Shown here: positions 34,254 to 45,598 of the stretch, piece by piece
Numbering within the stretch: position 1 is the first letter of the stretch
Layout of the letters: each line of letters starts with the position of its first letter
DNA from: an uncultured delta proteobacterium
GTDB lineage: Bacteria; Desulfobacterota; Binatia; UBA9968
Reading direction: 5' to 3'
Length of the DNA stretch: 64,000 nt
NCBI GenBank assembly: GCA_963737905.1
Contig: CAVTUQ010000025.1
Coordinates: forward strand, 64,001 to 128,000
Notes under the pieces: model-generated
Databases searched by the model: none
Seen by the model: only the letters and a program-made list of their open reading frames with translations
What the model was told of the DNA's origin: nothing
Translations under genes and position numbers: made by a program

Positions 34254-35288
34254 ATGGCCAAGGCACTCGGCGTATTTTTGCTCCCTATCTTTATCCCGGT
34301 AGCGCTGATGACCTCGGCGCTCGCCGCCTCGGTGGAGGAATTCTACAAGGGTAAAACCATCCAATTCATCGTCGGTGGCTCCGCCGGTGGAGGCTATGAT
34401 ACGTACACCCGGCTGATCGCGCGCCACTTCCCTCAATACGTTCCCGGCAAACCGTCCACTGTCGTTCAAAACATGCCTGGAGCGGGTATGCTGATCGCGG
34501 CGAATTACACCTTTAATAGCGCTCCCCGCGATGGAACGGTCATCGGGCATTGGTCCGGCCCGCTTATTTTACAGCACATGATGGGGAACCCTGCGGTGCA
34601 ATTTGAGGGGCGCAAGTTTGGCTGGCTCGGCATGCCGACGTCGGATGCGCTTGTTTGCATACTGACCGAACGCAGCGGGATCAAGACGGCAGAGGAGTGG
34701 CGCAAGGCCAAGACGCGAGTCAAGCTGGGGGCGATTGGCCCGGGCACCAGCGGAACCGATGACACCAAGCTTCTCGCTGCGGCCACGGGTTTCCCCTTGC
34801 AGCTCATCGAGGGCTACAAGGGTACGGCCGACATCAGGGTTGCAGCGGAAACAGGGGAAGTCGACGGTACCTGCGCCTTTGGCTGGCAATCGGCCAAGGT
34901 GACTTGGGCCAACGCGCTGCGGGCAGGAGAGGTTCATGTGGTGCTCCAGACAATGCTCGAGCCTCACCCCGAGCTGAAGGGTGTCCCTCTCGCCGTCGAT
35001 TATGCCAAGACCGAAGAAGGGAAAAAACTCCTCCGCATCGCCAGCGAGCTTTACGGCAAACAGAGACTCTATTCTCTTCCGCCACAAGTGCCTGAACAGC
35101 GTGTGCGAACACTGCAAAAAGCTTTCATCAGTACTCTGAAAGATCCTCAGCTTCTGGCCGAGGCAGAAAAGGCGAAGCTCGAGATCGACCCAATCGATGG
35201 ACCCGGCATAGAAAAGTTGGTGAACGGCCTGTATGAAATGGAGCCCGCCATCGTCACTCGAGTTAAACAGTTGCTGGAGTCAAAGTAG
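34254..35288 (+). CDS. Bug/TctC tripartite tricarboxylate transporter substrate-binding protein
   Basis: FYKGKTI..IVG.SAGGGYD, VQNMPGAG, GYKGT. Confidence 0.92.
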   Translation: MAKALGVFLLPIFIPVALMTSALAASVEEFYKGKTIQFIVGGSAGGGYDTYTRLIARHFPQYVPGKPSTVVQNMPGAGMLIAANYTFNSAPRDGTVIGHWSGPLILQHMMGNPAVQFEGRKFGWLGMPTSDALVCILTERSGIKTAEEWRKAKTRVKLGAIGPGTSGTDDTKLLAAATGFPLQLIEGYKGTADIRVAAETGEVDGTCAFGWQSAKVTWANALRAGEVHVVLQTMLEPHPELKGVPLAVDYAKTEEGKKLLRIASELYGKQRLYSLPPQVPEQRVRTLQKAFISTLKDPQLLAEAEKAKLEIDPIDGPGIEKLVNGLYEMEPAIVTRVKQLLESK

Positions 35289-35482
35289 GGAACCAGGAGT
35301 CAATCAACTCGCCGTGGGTGCGTAGTTTGTGAGTTGTTAAAATCAGGAAACACCCATATCTTCCTGGAGGAATATCGAATTGCCGAGATAGAGCGCGGTT
35401 TGACCCACCCGTACCGCAAGCCCCTTTCCTGTATGAACGGAGCCGCGATCACTACGAGTAGGATGCTCCGCCATACCTGCAA

Positions 35483-36814
35483 ATGGAGCCTGGCCTGACC
35501 GACACATACGCCACTGAGACATTCGTCAAAAAACGGCGGCGGATTTTTTTCGGTTGGTATCTCGTCGCCGCAAGTGTAGCGGCCAACACCATCTTCTCCG
35601 CCGCCTATTTCCAGGGATTCGGCGTTCTCATTCTTCCCATAGAACGCGCCTTCGGCTGGGACCGTTGGGTCATTTCAGCCGCCATGTCGCTGCGCCAGTT
35701 GGAGTCCGGCATTGTCAGTCCCGCCGTCGGCTTCCTGCTGGACCGCTTCAGTTCGCGCAAGTTGATTTTCTGGAGCGCCATCATCTCAGCGGTTGGCTTC
35801 ATCGGCCTCAGCTTCACCAACGGCATCGTCATGTTTTTTCTCTTCTTCGTGGTTATTTCCCTCGGAGCATCCGGCGTCAGCCATGCGGTCACCTGGCCCG
35901 TGATCATCTCGCGGTGGTTTCGTCGCAACCGCGGTCTCGCCATGGGGCTTGCGGTAACGGGTCCCCTCTTCGGCTCGCCTATTGTCATACTGAATACACA
36001 GATCGAGGAGGCGTACGGCTGGCGCGTCGTCCTTATCGGCTACGGCATCCTGGTCTTGGTCGGCGTCACCTTGCTCAGCATGCTCGTGCGCGACCGGCCG
36101 GAGCCCTACGGTCTTTGCCCTGACGGCGACCCGCCAGAGGACGGCACCTCCACGGAACGCCCTTCCGGCCTAACGCCACGTCGGCCGGATACCGGGCTTA
36201 CGCTCCACGCGGTGCTCCGCACCAAGGAGTTCTGGTTGTTCACGAGCTACTTGGCGGGTACCTTCACCGTAAACTCCGCCTTCCAAGTGCATATGATTCC
36301 TTACTTCCAGCAAGACATCGGCCTCACCGCAGCGTGGGCGGCCGTGGTCATGTCCATGGTCTTTATCATCAGCGGCATTGGGCGGATCGGCGGCGGCTAT
36401 CTGCTCGACAAGATGGACTATCGCTACGTGCTGGCAGTCGTCGCGGCGATGATGGGCTTTGCCCTGTTGTATCTCGAGATGGTCGACGTCACTACTGTCT
36501 CGGCGACATTTCCTTTCGCGCTGATGTTCGGCGTCAGCTTCGGCTGCCTTGTTCCCATGCGCGGCGCCGTGGGCAGCATCATGTTCGGCACACGGGCCAT
36601 CGGAGGAATCCTTGGCCTTCTGCAGGGAGGGTCCATTGCGGCGGGGATGATCGGTCCCCTGGTCATGGGCTTCATCTTCGACCTGAACGGGAACTACTCT
36701 GTCGCCATCCGGGGACTCATCGTCATCAGCGCCCTCATGGTGCCGCTGTCCCTGGCCATGGCATCCCCCGCCGCCTTGGCCAAGCGCATTGGGACGGCGG
36801 CCGACCAGCGATAG
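35483..36814 (+). CDS. MFS transporter
   Basis: Many hydrophobic segments, GFLLDRFSSRK motif A, WFRRNRGLAMG. Confidence 0.92.
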   Translation: MEPGLTDTYATETFVKKRRRIFFGWYLVAASVAANTIFSAAYFQGFGVLILPIERAFGWDRWVISAAMSLRQLESGIVSPAVGFLLDRFSSRKLIFWSAIISAVGFIGLSFTNGIVMFFLFFVVISLGASGVSHAVTWPVIISRWFRRNRGLAMGLAVTGPLFGSPIVILNTQIEEAYGWRVVLIGYGILVLVGVTLLSMLVRDRPEPYGLCPDGDPPEDGTSTERPSGLTPRRPDTGLTLHAVLRTKEFWLFTSYLAGTFTVNSAFQVHMIPYFQQDIGLTAAWAAVVMSMVFIISGIGRIGGGYLLDKMDYRYVLAVVAAMMGFALLYLEMVDVTTVSATFPFALMFGVSFGCLVPMRGAVGSIMFGTRAIGGILGLLQGGSIAAGMIGPLVMGFIFDLNGNYSVAIRGLIVISALMVPLSLAMASPAALAKRIGTAADQR

Positions 36815-36957
36815 ACGCAGTTGACCTACGTCCGCTAGCCTCACCTGGCTACTTTTTTATATCCGCGTATCCGTTAGTATACTTTTTTTCATCGGCGTTC
36901 CGTCTAAAAACTCTTCTGCCAACTAGGTTTTTCACCCGCCAGCTAGTCTCACCGGCT

Positions 36958-36972
36958 TGGCACATTAATTGT
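36958..36972 (+). promoter_or_regulatory. Candidate sigma54 promoter
   Basis: TGGCAC-ATTAA-TTGT (one mismatch) upstream of the di-heme operon. Confidence 0.5.
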
Positions 36973-37056
36973 CATAGCAAATAGACGAGTGCGGCAGCCA
37001 ACTAAGAAATTTCGATGATGATGCTCGCGCTCGGGTTCCCAGGACGGGAGAGGCAA

Positions 37057-37299
37057 ATGGATAACGCAAATACTGAAAGTGCAATTAAAGACCGTTTCAT
37101 TGTTACTGTTGTGGCTCTCTATCTGTTGGGTGTCGGCTTTCTCAGCGGAATGCTCGTCGATCACATTCGCTTCGACGAAGCCAGAAGCGAGCTCCTCACA
37201 AGACTCGAGGAAGACAGTCACAGCGTACACCAGCGCCTGATGGCGCTCGAGCGCGAAGAGAGCCGGGAAAGAAACATCCCTGGAGCAGGGGGGAATTGA
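37057..37299 (+). CDS. Small single-TM hypothetical protein
   Basis: GGGAGAGG RBS; hydrophobic segment; overlaps the start of the di-heme gene. Confidence 0.6.
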   Translation: MDNANTESAIKDRFIVTVVALYLLGVGFLSGMLVDHIRFDEARSELLTRLEEDSHSVHQRLMALEREESRERNIPGAGGN

Positions 37300-38723
37300 T
37301 TATGAATCACGTCGATCGAATCCAAGAACATGCCAAACGAACCAGGAAAAAACTTCTTGCCTCTTGCGCCGGCTCGTTAACTCTCGTAGCAGCACTCATC
37401 GTCGGAGTGTCAACCACCGTCACATCAGAATCCCCGTTCTTACCCAATAACCTTTCTTTCAAGAATTCATTCGGTTTGCACGCAACCTTCAGCACCGATG
37501 GACCGATCGACTTAAGGAATGAGTTTTTCCAGAATCTCGGCACCAATGGCCGCAGCTGCGTCACCTGCCACCGGGCCGAGGAAGGCTGGACCGTTACTCC
37601 GGCGGGCGTGCAAAGGCGATTCGAGCAGACGAAAGGAACCGATCCGATCTTCCGCACCAATGACGGATCGAACGCGCCGAATGCCGACGTGTCGAGCCTC
37701 AACGCGCGCCGCGCCGCCTACAGCATGTTGCTCACGAAGGGACTGATTCGTGTCGGTATCGGCATTCCGGACAACGCCGAGTTCGAACTCGTCGGGGTTG
37801 ACGATCCCTACGAGTTCGCCAGCGCCTCCGAGCTGTCGCTATTTCGCCGTCCGCTTCCGGCGACCAACTTGAAGTTTTTAAGCGCGGTCATGTGGGATGG
37901 ACGCGAGACATTTTCCGGGGAGACAATACATTTTGACTTAAGCCACCAAGCGAATTCCGCCACCACAGGCCACGCTCAAGGCGCAGACCTTACAGATCAG
38001 CAGCGTGAGAGTATCGTGGCCTTCGAGACGGCGCTTTTCACCGCCCAGATTCACGACGCGCAAGCCGGCCGGTTAACCGCGCGCCAAGCCAAAGGTGGGC
38101 CGGTGAACCTCGCGAACCAGGAGTTCTATATCGGTATCAACGATCTCTTTGGCGACAACAAAACCGGGCTGCCTTTTGATCCAATTGTTTTCAACATCTA
38201 CGATGCCTGGAAAGGCTTGTCCGGCGGGGTAAAGAATCGGGCGCGTGCGTCAGTAGCGCGCGGAGAAGAATTATTCAACACAAAATTGATCCGCATTAGC
38301 GATGTCTCCGGGATAAACGATGAGGCGGCATTTGGCAACCCGGCGGTGGTCAATGGGAGTTGCACCACCTGCCACGATGCGCCGAACTCCGGCGATCACT
38401 CCGTCGCTGCCCCGCTGAACATCGGGCTCACCGATGCCGAGCGGCGCACTCCCGACATGCCGCTCTACATTTTGCAAAACAAGACAACGGGGGAAATCAA
38501 ACTCACCACCGACCCGGGACGCGCGTTGATCACGGGGAAATGGAAAGACATCGGCCGCTTCAAAGGCCCAATCCTCCGCGGGCTGGCCGCGCGAGCCCCT
38601 TATTTCCACAACGGGTTTGCGAAAGATCTCAAGGCCGTCATTGATTTTTACGATGAGCGTTTTGGAATAGGCTTCACCGAACAAGAGAAGGCCGACTTGC
38701 TGGCGTTCTTGCGGACGTTGTAG
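37296..38723 (+). CDS. Exported di-heme cytochrome c, peroxidase/MauG superfamily
   Basis: CVTCH and CTTCH, MWDGRE, DPGRA...FKGPILRGL...PYFHNG. Confidence 0.85.
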   Translation: MIMNHVDRIQEHAKRTRKKLLASCAGSLTLVAALIVGVSTTVTSESPFLPNNLSFKNSFGLHATFSTDGPIDLRNEFFQNLGTNGRSCVTCHRAEEGWTVTPAGVQRRFEQTKGTDPIFRTNDGSNAPNADVSSLNARRAAYSMLLTKGLIRVGIGIPDNAEFELVGVDDPYEFASASELSLFRRPLPATNLKFLSAVMWDGRETFSGETIHFDLSHQANSATTGHAQGADLTDQQRESIVAFETALFTAQIHDAQAGRLTARQAKGGPVNLANQEFYIGINDLFGDNKTGLPFDPIVFNIYDAWKGLSGGVKNRARASVARGEELFNTKLIRISDVSGINDEAAFGNPAVVNGSCTTCHDAPNSGDHSVAAPLNIGLTDAERRTPDMPLYILQNKTTGEIKLTTDPGRALITGKWKDIGRFKGPILRGLAARAPYFHNGFAKDLKAVIDFYDERFGIGFTEQEKADLLAFLRTL

Positions 38724-38787
38724 TTGCTACACAAGCGTCGTAGCCGGTCACCCGGTCGGACCTCTGCAGCTACTGGCTAATCCCCCG

Positions 38788-40486
38788 TCAAATCGACTGG
38801 CTCCGCAATACCTTGCCTGGATAGGCCCCGGTGTGCGAGCCGTTGTCCATTAACACAGCGCCGTTGACTATCGTGTAGTGAATTCCTCGGGCGTGCTGGA
38901 TGTAACGCGGCGCGCCTCCCGGAAGATCATTGACCTGCTCGGGCTTCTCGAGATCGATGGCCGCGGGGTCAAATACAAATACATCCGCGGCCATGCCCGG
39001 CCGCAGCAACCCGCGATCATGGATCCCGAAGATTGACGCGGGCATGAAAGTCAGCTTTCTAATGGCCTCTTCCATAGGCATGATGCCCCGCTGCCTTACC
39101 CAATAGCTGAGCAAAAAAGTTCCAAAGCCGAATCCCGGATTGGCGCTAGCGACGTGGGCGCCGGCATCCGACTGGCCCAGCATAACGTAAGGGCTCCGGA
39201 AGATCTCTGCCACAGCTTTTTCATCTCCCTGAGTGATGGAATCTTCGAAGACCGTCTCGAGCTCCTCGTCCAGAGATAAATCGAGGATTGCATCGATGGG
39301 CGATTTCCCCTGCAAGCCCGCGATTTCTTCGATGCTCTTTCCTTGAAGCTCCCTGTGGGCGGGGCGCCAAGTTTTGTTTACGAATATTGAGTCCCAGCGG
39401 CGAGAGAAGTTGATCGCAGGGCGGTCGGGATCCATTTCTGCCGCCAATTCTCTCCGAGTCTCTTGATGGCGAAGGGCTTCCTTACGGGCCTCCAGAGGCA
39501 TCGACACTACTTTTTTCCAGCCCGGCATCTCGTCGAGTCGATTGCTGTCTTTGAGGTTCCAGCGTCGCAGCGCCAACCGGGTACTGGTCATCGCGAAGCT
39601 CGCGGCCCCCCGGCGGGCGCGTTCTTCGACGTCGTCCAACTGCTTGCGCCAGAGGTCCGGCTCGCTCCACCGATGACGGATACTTTCGCCGATCAGAGGG
39701 CGGCGGGTTGCTTTCAAAATGGTGTCATACCACTGGCTGATTTGCGCAACGTGTTCGGGTGTCGCAAATGCGCCGTGAGTGAATTGCACCGCGCCGCGCT
39801 GGCTTTGGCCCACCACACGGCAAAGCCTCTCGATTTCATCAAGGCTGGCCAAACGGCTGGGGACCGGCTTGCCGTCTTCACGGAAATGGCTCTGGTTAGA
39901 GTTGGTCGAAAACCCAAACGCGCCTGACGCCATCCCTTGACGCACAAGCTCTTCCATCTCGGCGATCTCGGCGTCGCTCGCTTCCCGCTCGACGCTGGCT
40001 TCGCCCATTGCATGCTGTCGGACGGCACAGTGACCGACAAGCGTCGCCACATTGAGACCCAGGGGTTTGCGGCTCAGGGCATCCAGGTATTGTCCGTGGG
40101 TCGTCCATTCCCAGGGAATGCCGGCTTTCAAAGTATTGCGCGGCATGCTCTCGACCCGCACGAAGGTGCCGATCAAGCGCATCGCGACTCTCCGGCTTGC
40201 ACGGCGTCAAAGTCAGGCCGCAGTTGCCGAAAACAACGCTGGTAACGCCGTGTTCGTTGGAAGAGGAGCCCAGCGGGTCCCACCAGATCTGGGCGTCGAA
40301 GTGGGTGTGAAAATCGATGATGCCCGGCGCCACAGCAAGGCCGTCTGCGTCTAGAACTCGATTGGCCGCCTCGTTAATTCTGCCGATCGCCGCGATACGC
40401 CCGTCACGAATCCCGAGATCCGCGACGAACGACGGCATTCCGGAGCCATCATAAATCCGTCCATTTTTTACGAGCAGATCATACAT
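38788..40486 (-). pseudogene. N-acyl-D-amino-acid deacylase, split by a 1-nt frameshift near 40177 (possibly a sequencing error)
   Basis: N-part APGIIDFHTHFD...GNCG; C-part SDAGAH...RGLLRPGMAAD...YPGKVLR. Confidence 0.85.
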
Positions 40487-40617
40487 AGAAACTCCTTTGC
40501 CGCTTGCGTTTTAGCTATGCCCCCCGACAAGTCTTTATGTGGCCTAACAGGATCCGACTATATTTAGTAGGAGGACACGCTGGCAATGGCGTTTACAGTC
40601 CAGCAGCTAAAAACTCC

Positions 40618-41445
40618 TCACTCGCGCGATCCCAGGTGTATCCTGAAGAACTCTGTGACCACGGACCATGCCTGTTCGCTTTGCTCGGCTGTGAAGCCGT
40701 GTTCCCCGCCGCCAATGACCAGCAGCTCGACGTATCGATTGGCTTTTTGAAGCGCTTCGCGCATCCTCAAGCTCTGCTCGGCAGGCACCCATGTGTCACG
40801 GTCGCCGTGAATAAGCAGGACCGGAGCGCGGATCTGCTCGGCAACATGGATTGGGGAGTTCTGATCACCGGTTCCGCATACCAGCGGGACATAGAAGTTA
40901 CGGATCCCCACGTTACTCGTTGTCTCCTTCCACCGTTGAATATCGGTAATCGGGAAATACGCGACGATGGCTTTGATTCGAGCGCTACGAGTGCCGGAGA
41001 GTAAGGCCACTTGGCCGCCCAGAGAGAACCCCAGAACACCGATGGAGTCGGGATTAACGCCCGGAAGCGTTGCCAGCCAATCGGCGGCCTTCGCGACATC
41101 GTCGGGTTGCTGCGTTCCACAATCGTCACGTCCTGTGGAGGGTGGCCATCCTCGCATGGAAAGCGCCAGCGCAACGTATCCTTGTTCCGAAAGCCGTCGT
41201 GCCGTGCCTTCTACTCGCGAAGCGCCTGGCACGCCCGGTCGTGCCCAGCCATGTAACACGATGATCGCTCTTTGCGATTTCTCGTTGGTAGCAGGGCGAA
41301 AGAGGATCCCGCCGAGCGTAACACCGGACCCAGGCAAGCTGACTTCATATCGACCTGGATCGCTGACAGTCGCGACGTCGGTAACCGCCTGAGTACATCC
41401 CGCCGTGGCAAACGCGAGCAGTAACATCACCACAGTTCTAGGCAT
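40618..41445 (-). CDS. Alpha/beta hydrolase (S9/dienelactone hydrolase-like) lipoprotein
   Basis: Lipobox TAGC, GFSLGG nucleophile elbow, HGDRD, GEHGF. Confidence 0.88.
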   Translation of the reverse strand: MPRTVVMLLLAFATAGCTQAVTDVATVSDPGRYEVSLPGSGVTLGGILFRPATNEKSQRAIIVLHGWARPGVPGASRVEGTARRLSEQGYVALALSMRGWPPSTGRDDCGTQQPDDVAKAADWLATLPGVNPDSIGVLGFSLGGQVALLSGTRSARIKAIVAYFPITDIQRWKETTSNVGIRNFYVPLVCGTGDQNSPIHVAEQIRAPVLLIHGDRDTWVPAEQSLRMREALQKANRYVELLVIGGGEHGFTAEQSEQAWSVVTEFFRIHLGSRE

Positions 41446-41590
41446 AGATCACAACTCCAACATTGTATGCCGGCGGTGAGGAAGTCAAGAAAAAGAGAAA
41501 TCTTGACCGGCGTTTCAAATCGCAAGCATGAGCGTATCACAAGGGAACCCTGATTGAAGACCCGTGGGTTTGATGATAGACGAAACACCT

Positions 41591-43660
41591 ATGGCGAAAT
41601 ACCGCGTTACCGTCGACACCGGGGGAACGTTCTCCGATTTTGTTTTTTTCAATGAAGATAGCGGTGAGATCAGCATCACGAAAGTCCCTTCGACCCCCAG
41701 GGAACCCTTTCAGGCTGTCCTCAATGGCGTCAAAGAGCTCATCGATAGCGGCCCGGCAGCGAGAGACATTTCTTTTTTCTGCCACGGCACAACGGTTGGG
41801 ACCAACACACTCCTGGAGGAAAAGGGCGCAAAGACGGGCCTGCTGGTCACGCAAGGCTTCCGGGGAATTTACGAGGTGATGGAGCAGACGCGCGGCTACG
41901 GTCCGGCCACTTACGATCTCTTTTTCGAGAAACCACGACTCCTTGCCCCACCCTACCTCACTGAAGAGATTCCCGAGCGCGTCGATTTCCGTGGCACCGC
42001 GTTAAAACCCATCGATGTCGAAGCATCGCTTCAAGCGGTTCGAAACCTGAAAAAGAAGGGCGTCCAGTCGGTGGCGGTCTGTTTTCTTTTCTCGTTCTTA
42101 AATCCCGATCACGAGCTAAAAATCAAAGAGATCTTCGCCGAAGAATTTCCCGAGGCGAGTCTCTCGCTTTCCTACGAGGTGCTACCGCAGATCCGCGAGT
42201 TCTACCGGATGAGCACGACGGTAATCAACGCCTATATCGCCCCGGTGATGGCGAACTATGTCAGCCGTCTCGAAAACCGGCTAAAGGAGATGGGCGTGAT
42301 GACGCCCAAACTCTATATCATGCAGTCCAACGGCGGGGTTTCGACCTTCCAAGGCTCCGCCAGAAAACCGGTGGCCACGGTCCTTTCCGGTCCGGCGGGA
42401 GGCGTTATTGCTTCCATGGGCACCTGCGAGCGGATCGGCGTCAATAACATCATCACCTTTGACATGGGCGGCACCAGCTGCGACGTCGCGTTGATCCATC
42501 AGGGCAATCCGGTCATCACGACTCAGGGAAGAATCAACCAGCGACCCATCAGTCTGCCGATGCTCGACATTCACACCGTGAGCGCCGGCGGCGGCACCAT
42601 TGCGCGCATCGACGCGGTGGGCGCGCTGCAAGTCGGACCCGATAGCGCCGGCGCCGACCCCGGTCCGGTTTGCTACGACCGCGGCGGTCAAGAGATTACG
42701 GTCACTGACGCCAACGTGGTCATCGGGGTTCTTGACCCAAATCATTTTCTCGGCGGCCGGATGAAACTGGACAAGATCAAAGCGCAGCGCGCCCTCGAAG
42801 AGAAAATCGCCAAGCCTCTCGGCTTGAGTTTGCTCGAAGCAGCAGACGGAGTACTGGACATTATCAACGTTAAAATGGAAGAGGCGATCAAGGCGGTCTC
42901 TTCCCAGCGCGGTTACGACATCCGCGACTTCACCTTGGTAGCCTTCGGTGGGGGCGGGCCCATGCATGCGGGTCGAATCGCCCTCGATCTCGGTATTTCC
43001 GCGGTCCTCATACCGCTGACACCTGGCGTCCACTCCGCCCTGGGTTTATTAATGTCCGACGTAAAGCATGACTACGTCCGCTCAAAACTGGCCGGGCTCA
43101 ACGAACTGGATTTAGATGAAATCAACGGCCTATTCGCCCAACTGATCGAACAGGCGAAAGCCGATCTGCGCGCTGAAGGATTCGACGACGCAGAGATCAG
43201 GCTCGACGCCTTTCTCGATCTGCGTTACGCCGGTCAAGGATACGAGTTGACCGTCCCCTGTCCGCTGCCGCCGCTGAAAAAATCGGATCTCGATCTGATG
43301 CGGCAACGCTTCGACATGCAGCATGAACAAGCTTCCGGCCACAAAGCCGAAACGGAGCCTGTGGAACTGGTCAGTCTCCGGCTGATTTCCTATGGGCTCG
43401 TGCCCCAGGCGAAGCTCTCTCCGGCAAAGGCCACCGGAAGAAGAGTTGAAGAAGCGAAGACCGGCGAGAGAAAAGTCTACTTCGGAAAGCAGCATGGTAC
43501 CCTCGACTGCCAGATCTACACACGGGATGGGCTGGAACCAGGACATAAGATTTCCGGCCCGGCGGTGATCGAGCAGCTGGATACGACGACCGTAATTCAT
43601 CCTGAACAGCAAGCGACCGTGGATAATTATCGGAATTTGATTGTCAGGGAGAAAGCGTAA
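41591..43660 (+). CDS. Hydantoinase/5-oxoprolinase subunit A (ATP-binding)
   Basis: DTGGTFSD, HGTTVGTN, LSGPAGG, DMGGTS, SAGADPGP. Confidence 0.95.
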   Translation: MAKYRVTVDTGGTFSDFVFFNEDSGEISITKVPSTPREPFQAVLNGVKELIDSGPAARDISFFCHGTTVGTNTLLEEKGAKTGLLVTQGFRGIYEVMEQTRGYGPATYDLFFEKPRLLAPPYLTEEIPERVDFRGTALKPIDVEASLQAVRNLKKKGVQSVAVCFLFSFLNPDHELKIKEIFAEEFPEASLSLSYEVLPQIREFYRMSTTVINAYIAPVMANYVSRLENRLKEMGVMTPKLYIMQSNGGVSTFQGSARKPVATVLSGPAGGVIASMGTCERIGVNNIITFDMGGTSCDVALIHQGNPVITTQGRINQRPISLPMLDIHTVSAGGGTIARIDAVGALQVGPDSAGADPGPVCYDRGGQEITVTDANVVIGVLDPNHFLGGRMKLDKIKAQRALEEKIAKPLGLSLLEAADGVLDIINVKMEEAIKAVSSQRGYDIRDFTLVAFGGGGPMHAGRIALDLGISAVLIPLTPGVHSALGLLMSDVKHDYVRSKLAGLNELDLDEINGLFAQLIEQAKADLRAEGFDDAEIRLDAFLDLRYAGQGYELTVPCPLPPLKKSDLDLMRQRFDMQHEQASGHKAETEPVELVSLRLISYGLVPQAKLSPAKATGRRVEEAKTGERKVYFGKQHGTLDCQIYTRDGLEPGHKISGPAVIEQLDTTTVIHPEQQATVDNYRNLIVREKA

Positions 43661-43759
43661 GCTTGAGAGCCGATTTGAACGTCTTGAACCTGGCTTGCTG
43701 ATCGTTCCAAGTCGTTCAATTCGTTCAAAAAGTTCAAAGCGTTATCGCTAGGAAAAGAT

Positions 43760-45493
43760 ATGAACGTTGATCCCGTAACTTTACAAGTCATTCAGGCGCG
43801 GCTGGCCGGCATTGTCCAGGAGATGCAGAACTCGCTCTTTCGCACCGGCTACTCGACGATTATCCGCGAGTCCCAAGATGCCAGCTGCGCGATTCTAAAT
43901 ACCGACGGTGAAGTGGTGGCCCAGCATGTGGTCCTGCCGCTCCATATGGGCGCGTTTCCGGCTTGCGCCGCGGGATTGCTGAAGAGCTACACCGCTTCGG
44001 AGCTTCACGAGGGCGACGCCTTCATCACCAACCATCCCTATCTCGGCGGCAGTCCCCACGCGCCGGATATGGCGGTGTTGAGCCCGATTTTCTACCAAGG
44101 CGACTGGGTCGGCTTCGCCGCTAATCTCGCACACAAGAGCGACATCGGCGGCCCCGTGCCCGGAAGTTGCTGGAGTCAAGCCCGGGAGATCTACCAGGAA
44201 GGTCTCCACGTACCACCGATCAAATACGTTTCCGGCTATCAAATCAGCAAAGACATCGAAGCCGTTCTCGGCGCCAACAGCCGCACGCCGGAGCTGGTCG
44301 TTGGGGACCTGCGCGGCCAAGTGGGAGCCGCACGGCTCGGAGAGAAACGCTTCCAGGAAATGATGGATCGATACGGCAAGGAAACGATCCTCGCCTCCTA
44401 CGATCAGTTGTTTGCGATGACCGAAGCGAAGGTGCGCGCTGAAATCGCTTCGTGGCCCGATGGCACCGGCGAGGGCGAACGGTTCGTCGACAGCGACGGC
44501 ATCGAACTCGACAAGCCGGTGCGCCTCCATGTGCGCATGAAAAAGAAAGGCAAAGAGCTCCTTTTTGACTTCACGGGCTCCGCCGACCAGACCAAGGGGC
44601 CTGCCAATATCCGTCCCACTATCGTACGCGCGGCCTGCTGCTATCTTCTCACCTGCCTGACGGACCCGGCGCTGGCCATCAACTACGGGCTGGCAAAGGT
44701 GATCGATATCAAAGTTCGCGAGGGCAGCGTGGTCAACCCGCGCTTTCCCGCTCCGGTAAACACGTATAACCCCACCGTGCATGCGCTGGTGGAGGCGTTG
44801 CTGGAAGCCTCCAGCCAGATCACGCCCCACAAGAAGGTCGGCGACGGCTGCAGCAGCCGGTCGATCATCATCGGCGGCCGCAGCAACAAGACCGGCAAGA
44901 GCTACGTGCAATATGAGATCTTTGGCGGCGGCTCAGGCGGACGCAGCGGCAAGGACGGCGTCTCCGGCACCAATGTCAATCAATCCAACGCCAGGATCGC
45001 GCCCATCGAAATTATCGAATCGGAATTCTCCACCCGTCTGCGTCGTTTTGAATTGATTCCCGATTCCGGCGGACCGGGAAAGTTCCGTGGCGGACTGGGG
45101 TTCATCCGCGAGTACGAGCTGCTGGACCATGACGCGAGATTTTCGCTGCGTTCCACCAAACACACCGTCGCGCCCAGAGGCATCGACGGCGGCTCGGACG
45201 GCAAGACCGGCCATTGCACTTTGAACCCCGGCACGGACAAATCCCAAGTCATCCCTTCACGATACTCGGATCACACGCTTCACCCCGGCGATGTCGTCCG
45301 GCTGGAAACCCCGGGTGGGGGCGGCTTGGGTTACGCGTTGGAACGAGACCCAGCCAGGGTACTTAACGACGTCCGCAACGGTTACGTGACCTCACAAAAG
45401 GCGCGGGAAGTCTACCGGGTTGTTGTTGATGCCAATGACGGCGACTACGTGCTGAACGAGGCGCGAACGCGGGAGCTGCGCGGACAGACTTAG
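43760..45493 (+). CDS. Hydantoinase B/oxoprolinase subunit (copy 1)
   Basis: STIIRESQD, NHPYLGGSPHAPD, DSGGPGKFRGG, TPGGGG. Confidence 0.95.
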   Translation: MNVDPVTLQVIQARLAGIVQEMQNSLFRTGYSTIIRESQDASCAILNTDGEVVAQHVVLPLHMGAFPACAAGLLKSYTASELHEGDAFITNHPYLGGSPHAPDMAVLSPIFYQGDWVGFAANLAHKSDIGGPVPGSCWSQAREIYQEGLHVPPIKYVSGYQISKDIEAVLGANSRTPELVVGDLRGQVGAARLGEKRFQEMMDRYGKETILASYDQLFAMTEAKVRAEIASWPDGTGEGERFVDSDGIELDKPVRLHVRMKKKGKELLFDFTGSADQTKGPANIRPTIVRAACCYLLTCLTDPALAINYGLAKVIDIKVREGSVVNPRFPAPVNTYNPTVHALVEALLEASSQITPHKKVGDGCSSRSIIIGGRSNKTGKSYVQYEIFGGGSGGRSGKDGVSGTNVNQSNARIAPIEIIESEFSTRLRRFELIPDSGGPGKFRGGLGFIREYELLDHDARFSLRSTKHTVAPRGIDGGSDGKTGHCTLNPGTDKSQVIPSRYSDHTLHPGDVVRLETPGGGGLGYALERDPARVLNDVRNGYVTSQKAREVYRVVVDANDGDYVLNEARTRELRGQT

Positions 45494-45598
45494 ATTTTGC
45501 TTGTTAACCACTTGAACGATTGGAACGTTTTGAACGGCTTGAACCGCGGTAGCGTTTCGTTCCAGTCGTTCAAAACGTGAAATAAGGTTTGGGCTTTC

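Noticed and set aside
35300-35482. Possible REP remnant or small ORF between tctC and the MFS gene
   Set aside because: Single weak copy with no supporting features
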